Source: Candidatus Omnitrophota bacterium (GTDB lineage Bacteria; Omnitrophota; Gorgyraeia; Zapsychrales; Aceulaceae). From it: 64,000 nucleotides of DNA. This document shows, one piece after another, positions 45,449 to 55,200 of the stretch. A program made the translations under genes and the position numbers. The notes beneath the pieces were generated by a model. That model was not told the DNA's origin. It ran no database searches and worked only from the letters and a program-made list of their open reading frames with translations. The stretch's first letter is position 1. Each line of letters begins with the position of its first letter. Location of the stretch: NCBI GenBank assembly GCA_029564765.1, contig JAKQPK010000050.1, positions 210,977 through 274,976 of the forward strand. The letters are read 5' to 3'.

Positions 45449-45793
45449 TTAGGTTTTTTGAAGGCACAAGGCCACTGTTTCGACGCATCCCGCACAGCTT
45501 AGCTTACGCAAACGACGGATTTCCCTGCATGTAATAGCCCCGGCCTCCAACGACAGAGCCGCCTCACATTCTTTGATCTTTTCTGGATGCTCTCTGAGAA
45601 TAACATAGGCAGCATGTAGAGCCCCGCATCGACCCTCAGGCGCTTTTCCACCGCCATGACTCTTCGCATCGTAAATTTCTTTAATGGAAATACGCCCCTG
45701 AACGTTAAACGCGCTTAAGACCGCCTGGCAACAATTTAGCTTTTGATATCCTTCTTTACCTAAAAAATAATTATAGGCCTTTTGGACAAACAT
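45449..45793 (-). CDS. C_GCAxxG_C_C family protein (putative redox-active Cys protein)
   Basis: LNCCQAVL...GRCGALHAAY...CAGCVETVALC match the family signature. Confidence 0.7.
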   Translation of the reverse strand: MFVQKAYNYFLGKEGYQKLNCCQAVLSAFNVQGRISIKEIYDAKSHGGGKAPEGRCGALHAAYVILREHPEKIKECEAALSLEAGAITCREIRRLRKLSCAGCVETVALCLQKT

Positions 45794-45831
45794 GAATTTT
45801 CACCTTCTCTATTCTAGTTTTATAAATTATA

Positions 45832-45851
45832 ATATCGTAATATTACGATAT
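45832..45851. promoter_or_regulatory. Perfect 20-bp palindrome; candidate ArsR/SmtB operator overlapping the promoter of the C_GCAxxG_C_C - arsR operon
   Basis: ATATCGTAATATTACGATAT, 39-58 nt upstream of the 45793 start. A minus-strand TATAAT (45828-45833) starts 1 bp beyond its promoter-distal end. A GAAGGTGA SD follows downstream. Confidence 0.5.
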
Positions 45852-45892
45852 AATGATGCGGATGTCAATACCTATTCACAAATCTACTCAAT

Positions 45893-46876
45893 TTATTTCT
45901 TAAGCGTGTGACCGAAACCTATGCCGATCTTGCGACCAGCGGCGAGGATCATTTTTTCTACGCACTTGCGGCAAGTGGAAGCATCTTCAGATAAGCATAT
46001 TTTATCTGGATAGATCTCGTAGAATTTACGATATTGCATGGGTGTGATGTTAGGCATGATAATATTAGCGCCGCAGGCAAGGGCTTTTTGTCGTCCCTGC
46101 GCGTCAAGCGTGCCGACAGCGGTCGTCGCCGGAATGTGGGCATCACAGGTGATGATGCGGGTTAATGCGATAACCTTGAGCACTGTCTCGATTTTGACAT
46201 CCTTATCTCCTGCCAAAGGCGTATTTGGATGCGGCAAAAATGGTCCGATGCCGATCATATCAAGCTCAAGGGACCTAAAAAGCAAAATATCGTCTGCAAT
46301 ACTTTCAGGTGTCTGCCCTGGCAAGCCTACCATGATCCCAGAACCAACCTGATAACCTAACTCTTTAAGCCAATGAAGGCATTGCAAACGTTCGCTAAAG
46401 AGATGTCCAGGCCTTAAACGAGCGTACAACTTCTCATCTGAGGTTTCAAAGCGTAAAAGATAGCGGTCGGCCCCCGCTTCTTTAAGCTTTCGATAATCCT
46501 CTTTGGGGCGCTCGCCAATGGACAATGTGATCGCGATATTGAATTTCTTGATCTCATGGATCATGCGACAGAAATCATCCACATGATAAAAAAGATCTTC
46601 TCCGGACTGCAAAACGATCGTCGGGATCCCAAGTTCAACCGCCCTGCGTGCGTTTAAAACGATCTCATCAAACGTCATACGATAACGCGCAACCTTTTCG
46701 TTGCCTTGGCGCAGTCCGCAATACAAACAATTTTGGCCGCAATAATTTGAAAACTCAATGATGCCGCGCAAATGGACCGCTTCGCCACAGTATTGTTTGC
46801 GGACTTGGTCAGCGCGCGCAAAAAGATCTGAAGTTTCTACTGATCGAAACTGTTCAACAATTCGTTCTTTATTCAT
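45893..46876 (-). CDS. hydE: [FeFe]-hydrogenase maturase HydE (radical SAM, BioB-like)
   Basis: SNYCGQNCLYCGLRQGN CxxxCxxC motif; 327 aa. Clustered with hydG and hydF. Confidence 0.8.
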   Translation of the reverse strand: MNKERIVEQFRSVETSDLFARADQVRKQYCGEAVHLRGIIEFSNYCGQNCLYCGLRQGNEKVARYRMTFDEIVLNARRAVELGIPTIVLQSGEDLFYHVDDFCRMIHEIKKFNIAITLSIGERPKEDYRKLKEAGADRYLLRFETSDEKLYARLRPGHLFSERLQCLHWLKELGYQVGSGIMVGLPGQTPESIADDILLFRSLELDMIGIGPFLPHPNTPLAGDKDVKIETVLKVIALTRIITCDAHIPATTAVGTLDAQGRQKALACGANIIMPNITPMQYRKFYEIYPDKICLSEDASTCRKCVEKMILAAGRKIGIGFGHTLKK

Positions 46877-46882
46877 GATCGA

Positions 46883-48370
46883 TCACAGATAAAGATCCCT
46901 TTCGCCTTTTTGGATGCGCGTGTAGTAGTCTATGAGTTTTGGAAAAAGCTTTGGCATTTTTTGCCTAACTTCCTCGATCTCCCGCGCCAAGACCGGCTCG
47001 GCGATTCTTTTTGTTTCTTCTGAGGCAAAGTCATCCAGCCATTCACGAAATGTCAGGATCGCATTCAGTTTGCAAAACTTCCCTTCTGTGCCGTCACGCA
47101 AAAGATCCATGATGCATTTTCCGGTACGTCCGCAACGATAACCAGCCGTACAAAAAGAAGTAATGTACCCTTTCTGCGCGAACTCCTTGATCACTTCATC
47201 CAAGCTCCTTGTATCACCAAGGAGGAACTGTTGCTTTTCTTTCTTCTGCTTTTCTTCTGGACTGTCATAGGCACCCACACCAATACGGCTTGAGGCGTCG
47301 GTTTGCGTAATGCCAAGCTCCAGAACATCTCGGCGTATTTGCTCATTTTCGCGCGCGGTAACAATAAGGCCGGCGTGCGGAACACTTAGACGGAGGATCA
47401 TAACAATTTTTTTAAAATCCTCATCATTTACACGGTAACGGGAAAAGTGATCAAGCTCGACTTTATGCGCTGGCTCAAGCCGCGGAAATGATATCGTATG
47501 CGGCCCAATGCCAAGTTTTTTCTCAAGTTCGATCGCGTGATACAGAAGCCCTAGGACTTCAAACCGCCAGTCATAAAGCCCGAATAAAATACCAATCCCG
47601 ACATCATCGATCCCGGCCTCTAGGGCTCGATGCATGCAATACAGCCGCCACGCATAGTTCCCTTTGATCGTATTAGCCGGATGAACACGTGCGTACGTTG
47701 CATGATGATACGTTTCTTGAAAAACCTGATACGTCCCCAACCCGACTTCTTTTAGGCGAACAAGATCTTCAATGGAAAATGGTGGCGCATTCACATTGAC
47801 ACGGCGGATATTGCCAACACCATGTTTTGTCTTGCTTTGAACGCTGTAGATCGTTCTGATTGTTTCTAAAATATAATTAATATCATTCTTGGGGTGTTCT
47901 CCGTACACAACAACCAACCGCTTATGCCCAATGCCGCCTGCCAGGGCCTCCACTTCTTTCTTGATCTCTTCCGCAGACAGGACACGACGGGCAACATCTT
48001 GATTGTCAGCTTTCAGGCCGCAATACGCGCAGTTGTTCACGCAAAAATTCCCTAAATATAAAGGCGCAAAGGTAACGATGCGATTGTCATAAACTTTCTT
48101 CTTAACCTCAAGCGCTGCCTTTTTCATCTCATCCAACAGATCCGGATCGCGAACATTCATTAAAAGAACCGTCTCTTGGGGTGAGAGTGTTTGAACAGAT
48201 AAGGATTTCGCCAAGATATCTTTTAACTCACGAAGATCAGGGCTGCGCTTGTTCTGCAAAAAGAACGTCATCTGGTCTTCGTTGATAAAATCTTTACCGT
48301 TATCGAGATACTTATCTATCTCATCTTGCTTAATAGGATTCTTGAACTTTGCTGTGACAGCTGCACTCAT
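46883..48370 (-). CDS. hydG: [FeFe]-hydrogenase maturase HydG (radical SAM tyrosine lyase)
   Basis: CVNNCAYCGLKADN radical-SAM motif. C-terminal extra Cys cluster (FCTAGYRCGRTGKCIMD...FCKLN). Start set at the internal ATG 48370, which has GAGGU 8 nt upstream and avoids overlap with hydF. Confidence 0.8.
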   Translation of the reverse strand: MSAAVTAKFKNPIKQDEIDKYLDNGKDFINEDQMTFFLQNKRSPDLRELKDILAKSLSVQTLSPQETVLLMNVRDPDLLDEMKKAALEVKKKVYDNRIVTFAPLYLGNFCVNNCAYCGLKADNQDVARRVLSAEEIKKEVEALAGGIGHKRLVVVYGEHPKNDINYILETIRTIYSVQSKTKHGVGNIRRVNVNAPPFSIEDLVRLKEVGLGTYQVFQETYHHATYARVHPANTIKGNYAWRLYCMHRALEAGIDDVGIGILFGLYDWRFEVLGLLYHAIELEKKLGIGPHTISFPRLEPAHKVELDHFSRYRVNDEDFKKIVMILRLSVPHAGLIVTARENEQIRRDVLELGITQTDASSRIGVGAYDSPEEKQKKEKQQFLLGDTRSLDEVIKEFAQKGYITSFCTAGYRCGRTGKCIMDLLRDGTEGKFCKLNAILTFREWLDDFASEETKRIAEPVLAREIEEVRQKMPKLFPKLIDYYTRIQKGERDLYL

Positions 48371-48374
48371 TTTA

Positions 48375-49628
48375 CTACCTCTGTTTCTTTGCCTTTTCAT
48401 CTTGAAACGCCTTGAGCGCCTGAGGAAATGGTGTTAAAACCCTTTCCAGAACACCCTGCAAAAAAGAAATGCATACACCATAATTGGTAACCGAAACACC
48501 AGCCTGTTGTGCATGATACATGCGCGATAACGTTTCTCGACGCGTAAGCATACAAGAACCGCAAAGAATTGCCAGCTTGTATCCTTTTAGATATTCGGGA
48601 TAATCACGGCCAGCGCAGACATCAATTTTTAGGTCTAAGCCTGTGTATTTTTTCAACCAGCGCGGGATCTTCACCCGGCCGATATCGTCCTCAACCGCAT
48701 GATGACTGCAAGACTCTGCGATCAAAATACGATCACCCTTCTTAAGGTTGTCGATGGCAACAACTCCGCGCGACATCTCGCTTAGATCCCCTTTCATACG
48801 CGCGAAGAGGATCGAAAATGTCGTGCAAGATACGTTTTTAGGAGTTTCCTTGACCATGCGGTCAACTACTTGCGAGTCGCAAACAACGATATCTGGAGGG
48901 GTTTTCAGATCGCCCAAAACTTTCAAATACTCAGTTTCTTTCACGATAATGCTCACGCCGCTCGCATCGAGCGTATCCCTGATAACTTGTACCTGCGGCA
49001 AAATGATGCGCCCTTTTGGCGCTTCCAAGTCAATAGGGATAATGAGCAAGGCTGTTCCGCCTTTGGGCATGAGATCTCCCACAAGAGCCGGAGGCTTGAT
49101 AAAATCTTCCGGGCAACACGTCACAAGCTGTTCCTTGAGGCCATTGACAAAGCTATCACGTTTATCTTTCTGAACACTGCTCACGCAAACGACTTTTTCT
49201 GTCTTTTTTCGCAATCTTTCTAGAAGTGTCTTTTGAGGAGCCTCGACATCGATCTTATTAACAACAACGACATAAGGGATGTTGCGCTTTAGCGCCTCAG
49301 AGCAAACATAATCCTCAAAATCAGTCCAAATGTTTGGCTCTGTGACCAGCAAAATGATATCTGAGCGATCAAAGATCTTTTTTGTCTTCTTGATACGTAG
49401 ATCTGAAAGCGTCGACACGTCATCTAGTCCGGCCGTATCTAAAAAAACCACCGGACCTAAAGGTAGAAGCTCCATAACCTTTTCGACAACATCCGTGGTT
49501 GTCCCTGGCACAGGTGACGTGATGGCGACATCTTGACCGGCCACCATATTCAGAAAACTTGACTTTCCGACATTCGTTCGGCCAAAAAGACCGATCTGTA
49601 AACGTAATGATTTTGGTGTTTTTTCCAT
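48375..49628 (-). CDS. hydF: [FeFe]-hydrogenase maturase GTPase HydF
   Basis: G1 GRTNVGKSS, G2 TT, G3 DTAG, G4 NKID. C-terminal CxH...C cluster region; 417 aa. Confidence 0.8.
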   Translation of the reverse strand: MEKTPKSLRLQIGLFGRTNVGKSSFLNMVAGQDVAITSPVPGTTTDVVEKVMELLPLGPVVFLDTAGLDDVSTLSDLRIKKTKKIFDRSDIILLVTEPNIWTDFEDYVCSEALKRNIPYVVVVNKIDVEAPQKTLLERLRKKTEKVVCVSSVQKDKRDSFVNGLKEQLVTCCPEDFIKPPALVGDLMPKGGTALLIIPIDLEAPKGRIILPQVQVIRDTLDASGVSIIVKETEYLKVLGDLKTPPDIVVCDSQVVDRMVKETPKNVSCTTFSILFARMKGDLSEMSRGVVAIDNLKKGDRILIAESCSHHAVEDDIGRVKIPRWLKKYTGLDLKIDVCAGRDYPEYLKGYKLAILCGSCMLTRRETLSRMYHAQQAGVSVTNYGVCISFLQGVLERVLTPFPQALKAFQDEKAKKQR

Positions 49629-49643
49629 AATTATCTTTTCTTT

Positions 49644-49895
49644 TTACGCTACTTTGACTAATGCGGACTTAACAGAAACACCCTTGATCTCGCCCAAGCG
49701 TCCTGTCAGAGCGCCGATTTCATCGGTCGTGGCATCCACGATCAAGGTGATCACACCGATATTTTTCTCTTTGTAGGGGATCCCCATGCGCCCGACGAAC
49801 ATCTTGGCATGCTGGTGCAGAATGTGGTTGACCGCCTCTGCGCTTTGTTCTCTGTCATGGATAATGATCCCAATAAAACCCAAACGATTATTCAT
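49644..49895 (-). CDS. TM1266-like putative iron-only hydrogenase system regulator (ACT-like)
   Basis: About 83 aa starting MNNRLGFIGIII...NIGVITLIVDA. Start at 49895 has AAGGAAGGGAAGG just upstream. Confidence 0.55.
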   Translation of the reverse strand: MNNRLGFIGIIIHDREQSAEAVNHILHQHAKMFVGRMGIPYKEKNIGVITLIVDATTDEIGALTGRLGEIKGVSVKSALVKVA

Positions 49896-49942
49896 GGCCT
49901 TCCCTTCCTTGATATGTACCAAACCTGCCGGACAGGTCGATC

Positions 49943-49982
49943 AATAAAAAATCCCGAACCGCCTAAAGACAGCAGCTCGGGA
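49943..49982 (-). terminator. Hairpin plus U-tract downstream of the AhpD-like gene
   Basis: AUCCCGA...UCGGGAU 7-bp stem with 18-nt loop (49951-49982), followed by UUUUUAUU on the minus strand. The large loop makes it weaker. Confidence 0.4.
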
Positions 49983-50106
49983 TCAATACAAAAAGACCTT
50001 ATCAGCAAAAATCTGTTGATATGGACTCCCTTGTCCTCAGGGCAAAATACCCCTCGTCTTTAGGCAATACGGAAATCTTAAGGTATTTTAAAGAGCCTTA
50101 TATGCT

Positions 50107-50451
50107 TTACTTCTTCATCAACTCATCAATGGTCTGGTCAACCATTGTAACATACGTCATAGCGCTTGCGCCGCCCACCAAGACAGCGACCATGCACGCT
50201 TCCAGCATTTCTTCCTTGGTCCAGCCCTGCTTTAAACAGTTCGTGACGGCGCGGGCAAGGCAAACAGGACATTTCTGGCTAACGCTAGAGACAAGCATCA
50301 GCAACCATTTTGTTTTTTCAGGAAGACGATTTGATCTTAAAATTGTTTCTTTTTCTTTAATGAACGCCTCATACTCGGCAGGAACGGTCTTGCGAATATC
50401 GCTCATGCGTTCATTGAAATCGCTCAAGATCACCTTTGGGTCATAGACCAT
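50107..50451 (-). CDS. Carboxymuconolactone decarboxylase / AhpD-like family protein
   Basis: CPVCLARAV CxxC core in the AhpD-like context; 114 aa. Confidence 0.65.
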   Translation of the reverse strand: MVYDPKVILSDFNERMSDIRKTVPAEYEAFIKEKETILRSNRLPEKTKWLLMLVSSVSQKCPVCLARAVTNCLKQGWTKEEMLEACMVAVLVGGASAMTYVTMVDQTIDELMKK

Positions 50452-50506
50452 CGCGCACCTCTGCTGTTATCATGACTGGCCAACAAAATTCTTAAGCGTT
50501 AATCTA

Positions 50507-52285
50507 TCAAATTTTATCACTTCGGTCAACATAATGTGTATGTAAAAGCTCATGGCTTTTATGCCCACAGGGCCCGTCCTTGAAAAACTCTTCATATAAC
50601 TTTTTAACATCTGGATTTTCATGTGACTTGCGAAGACTCTTGCCCTCATCTTCTTTATAGATCGCTTGGATACGTGCCTGGCGCACCTCATCCGTTGTGA
50701 ATCGTGGCTGTCCACCGCCACCGATACATCCCCCAGGACAGGTCATGACCTCAACAAAATGATACTGTGCCTTGCCAGCCTTGATCAGGTCCAATAATGC
50801 TGCCGCGTTCGATAAGCCATGAGCCACAGCGACCTTAAGCTCTACCCCTTCTAAGAAAGACCATGCGGGAAGGACTTTTTCAAGCTTAAGCGCTGCTTCT
50901 TTGATCCCTTGAAGCCCTGCCAGGGGCTGAATATGCAAATTCTCTGTTGGCAGCCCGCGTCCCGTGACAATCTCGTAAGCGGTGCGGATCGCGGCTTCCA
51001 TAACGCCACCGCTGTTGGCAAAAATATCCGCGGCCCCGGATGAAAGCCCAAGGGGTGAATCCATCTGTCCGTCTTCCAATGCGCGAAAGTCAATACCAGC
51101 AGCCTCGATCATCTGACCCAGTTCCCGGGTTGTCAAAACATAATCAACATCCTTAACACCGCTGCTGCTCATTTCTGGACGAGTTGATTCAAATTTCTTG
51201 GCTGTGCACGGCATCACGGAAACGACCACCATATCTTCCGGACGCACGCCTTTTTTCTGGGCGTAAAATGTTTTGGCGATAGCCCCGAACATTTGCTGCG
51301 GAGATTTGCAAGAAGAAAGATTGGACAAAAACTCAGGATAAAAATACTCAGTAAACTTGATCCATCCCGGGGAGCAACTGGAAAATTGCGGCAACGCAAC
51401 AGGTTGCTTATCCACCAAAGCTTTCTTTAATCTCATTAAAAGCTCTGTCCCTTCTTCCATGATCGTTAAGTCTGCGGTAAAATTCGTATCAAAGACCGCG
51501 TGAAAACCCATGCGGCGAAGAGCTGTGATCATTTTGCCCGTCACCAAAGTTCCCGGCGGATAATCAAAGCACTCTCCCAGCGCTGCGCGGATCGCCGGAG
51601 CTGTCTGCACGATGACATGTTTTGTTTTATCTTCTAAGGCGGCCCAAACCATATCGACATGACTTTTCTCAACGATCGCGCCCACAGGGCAGACAGCTGC
51701 GCACTGGCCGCACTGCACGCACGGCACATCATCCAACCCCAACTCAAAAGCAGGCCCGATCAACGTTTTGTATCCACGATTTTGAGGGAACAACGCCCCC
51801 ACTCTTTGGATCTCATTGCAAACGGTCACACACCGTCGACATTTAATGCATTTTCCTGAATCACGCATTAATGCTGCCGTTGTCGTGTCTAAAGATCTTT
51901 TTGGTTTCTCACCAACATAATGCGATTCCCGGATCCCCAAGCTATAAGCTAAAGTTTTCAATTCACAGTCATCTGCCCGATCACAAATCTGACAATCCCC
52001 TTCATGCTCACTCAAAAGAAGTTCAACGACGAGTTTGCGCGCCTTACGGACACGCGGGCTATTGGTAAAAACAACCATCCCTTCGTTGACTGGTGTTGAG
52101 CACGAAGAGACCAAATTGCGGCCTCCTTGAATTTCTACAACACAGACACGGCACGCGCCAATAGGGTCTTTGCCCTGCAAATAACACAAAGTTGGGATAA
52201 TAATGCCTATCTTTTTTGCCGCCTGTAGGATCGTTGTTTCAGGGGGAACTTCTACGCAGTTGCGATCAATCGTTAGCTTTATCAT
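50507..52285 (-). CDS. hydA: [FeFe]-hydrogenase catalytic subunit paralog (M3 architecture) with a non-canonical L1 motif SSCSPGW
   Basis: N-terminal [2Fe-2S] plus 4Fe-4S domains. L2 MPCTAKKFE and L3 EVMTCPGGCIGGGGQP are canonical. L1 reads FSSCSPGW (DNA agt-tgc-tcc checked) where the canonical motif is TSCCPxW. It aligns residue-for-residue with ITSCCPSW of the plus-strand HydA. Confidence 0.8.
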   Translation of the reverse strand: MIKLTIDRNCVEVPPETTILQAAKKIGIIIPTLCYLQGKDPIGACRVCVVEIQGGRNLVSSCSTPVNEGMVVFTNSPRVRKARKLVVELLLSEHEGDCQICDRADDCELKTLAYSLGIRESHYVGEKPKRSLDTTTAALMRDSGKCIKCRRCVTVCNEIQRVGALFPQNRGYKTLIGPAFELGLDDVPCVQCGQCAAVCPVGAIVEKSHVDMVWAALEDKTKHVIVQTAPAIRAALGECFDYPPGTLVTGKMITALRRMGFHAVFDTNFTADLTIMEEGTELLMRLKKALVDKQPVALPQFSSCSPGWIKFTEYFYPEFLSNLSSCKSPQQMFGAIAKTFYAQKKGVRPEDMVVVSVMPCTAKKFESTRPEMSSSGVKDVDYVLTTRELGQMIEAAGIDFRALEDGQMDSPLGLSSGAADIFANSGGVMEAAIRTAYEIVTGRGLPTENLHIQPLAGLQGIKEAALKLEKVLPAWSFLEGVELKVAVAHGLSNAAALLDLIKAGKAQYHFVEVMTCPGGCIGGGGQPRFTTDEVRQARIQAIYKEDEGKSLRKSHENPDVKKLYEEFFKDGPCGHKSHELLHTHYVDRSDKI

Positions 52286-55200
52286 TATGCCTGACCCCCT
52301 TTCTGCTCAACGCACTTCCCATAGTCACAGCGCAAACATCTTTTTGCCTGGCGTCGGGCTACCCCTTCGTTCCAAGATTGTTCTACCTCGTCAAAATTAT
52401 GCTTTCGCCGTGCAACGTCGATCAAGCGCAAAGGCTCCCGCGGATAAGGCACGGGATCCGCATCAGGATCAAAATCAACCTTGGTCTCTTTTTGCTTGCG
52501 CCAAAAGGCATGCGCTTCCCCTGTCAGGTACTGATCGATGCCAACGGCCGCACGCTCTCCAGAGGCAATAGCCATGACAACAGAGGACGGCCCTGTAGCC
52601 ACATCCCCTCCGGCAAAAATCCCTTCTGCTGACGTCTTGCCCGATACAGGATCCGCGATAATAAAACTTTTTTCAGAAAGCTTAACAACAGAACCGTCAA
52701 GGATCTTTTTTGCATCCATCTTCTGTCCTATCGCCACGATCACTTGATCTGTTTCAATATCAAAAACATCCTCTGTGTTAGCTGTTGGCCGACGGCGCCC
52801 TGTCTGATCAAAATCCCCAAGCTTCATATGGATACACTTTAGTCCACAGACCTTTCCGTTCTTGTCTTTTTTGATCTCGATCGGATGGGTGAGAGGTAAT
52901 ATCTTAACGCCTTCATGAACCGCCTCATCCACTTCTTCAGCATAAGCCGGCATTTCATTCTGGCTGCGTCGATAAATGACCGTGACCTCTTGCGCTCCTA
53001 AGCGCAAGGCGCTTCGCGACGCATCGATCGCCGCGTTACCACCTCCAACGACAATGACCTTTTTACCAACGGGAACTGACCCGCGGATATTATAAGTCCT
53101 TAAGAAATCCAAGGCATCCACAACACCCTGAGCGTCCTCACCATCGAGACCTAAGCGCACACTCTCTGGAGCACCCACAGCGACAAAGATCGCCTCATAA
53201 CCATGCTTCTTCAAGGATTCAATCGTAAAATCACGCCCTAAGGCCTTTCCTGTCTCAATATCAACGCCTAGCTGCTCGATCATGCGGATCTCCCTAGCTA
53301 ATGTTTCTCTTGGCAGGCGGTAGGCCGGGATCGTCTGCACGAGCATCCCTCCGGGGCGCATCTCTTTTTCAAAAACCTTAGGACGATAACCAAGCCGTGC
53401 GAGAAAATAAGCGCACGATAGCCCCGCGGGCCCCGCTCCAATAATAGCGATCTTTTTTGTGGCATTCTTTTCATTCTGATGCATTTCAGGGATCTGGACA
53501 ACGATCTCCTGGTCAACCATGAAACGCTTAACACCGCGGATGGAAACAGAAGTATCGAGTGTTGCGCGACGACATTTGTCTTCACACGTGTGAAAACAGA
53601 CGCGAGCGCAAACAGCGGCGAACGGATTGCGTTCACGGTGCAGCTTTAAGGCCTCCGCATACCGCTCTTCACCCGTTAACGCGACAAATCCCGGAACATC
53701 AACGCCGGCAGGGCAAGCACTTTGACAAGGAGCGCGAACAAGATCCGGACAAACCCCCGCCTCACAATGCTTATCGCGAATATGTTCTTCATATTCCTTA
53801 GGAAAATGACGCAATGTCGAACGAACAGGATTCGCGGAAGTATAGCCTAAACCGCACAAGGCCGAATCTTTAATGCCTTCGCCCAGTTCTACGAGTTTTT
53901 TCAGATCAGCTGGCTCCCCTTCTCCCCGGCATATTTTTTCAAGGATCTCAAGCATACGCTTGGACCCTACCCGGCACGGCACACATTTCCCGCAAGATTC
54001 ATCTTGCACGAACTCAAGAAAAAATCTCGCGACATCCACGATACAGGAATCATCATCCATAACAATGAGGCCGCCAGAACCCATGATGGCCCCAAGCTCA
54101 ACAAGCGTATCGTAATCCAAAGGAACATTTAGATGTTGTTTAGGGATGCATCCTCCTGATGGCCCTCCGATCTGAGCAGCTTTGAACTCTTTTCCATTTT
54201 TAATACCGCCACCGATATCATAGATCAGCTCCCCTAAAGATGTTCCGATCGGAACCTCAACGAGCCCTGTATTGTTCACAGCACCTGCCAAAGCGAAGAC
54301 CTTTGTTCCCTTGCTCTTCTCGGATCCCATTGAAGCAAACCAATCCGCACCCTTTAAAAGGATCACAGGGACATTGACATATGTTTCCACATTATTCAAA
54401 AGACTTGGCTTTCCCCACAACCCTTTGATCGCTGGAAACGGTGGCCGAGGACGTGGTTCGCCGCGTTTGCCTTCCAAGGACGCCATAAGCGCGGTCTCTT
54501 CCCCACACACAAAAGCCCCGGAACCCATACGAATATCAAGATCAAAAGAAAAATCTGTTCCAAGGATCTTATCCCCTAAAAGACCACAGGCACGCGCCTG
54601 CTCGATCGCCTTCATTAATCGTGAAACAGCCAACGGATATTCTGCGCGCACATAAACAAATCCTTGTTTCGCACCGATCGCTAAAGCAGCGATCATCATC
54701 CCTTCGATAACGCTATGAGGATCTCCTTCAAGAACGCTGCGGTTCATGAACGCTCCGGGGTCACCTTCATCCGCATTGCAAATGACATATTTCACATCCC
54801 CTAAAGCCTTACGCGCGAAATCCCACTTCATGCCGGTAGAAAAACCTGCCCCTCCGCGACCGCGCAAGCCCGATCTCTTGACTTCGTCGATGATCTGATC
54901 AGCTGTTAACGAGGTTAACGCTTTTGCTAATGCCTGATACCCGTCAACCCGGATATAGTCAACGATATTCTGAGGATCGATCGTCCCGCAATGACGCAAA
55001 ACAACCTTTGTCTGCCGCTTAAAAAAATCAACATCCTTGATATCCTGAACAGCTTGGTTCGTTTCGTAATTCCGGTGCAAAAGACGCTCGACAACTTTTC
55101 CTTTGAACAGATGTTCTTCAAAGATCTGATCAACATCCTGAAGGGAAACATTCTCATAAAAAACATGTCCCGGGTTAACGACCATCACAGGCCCCTTCGC

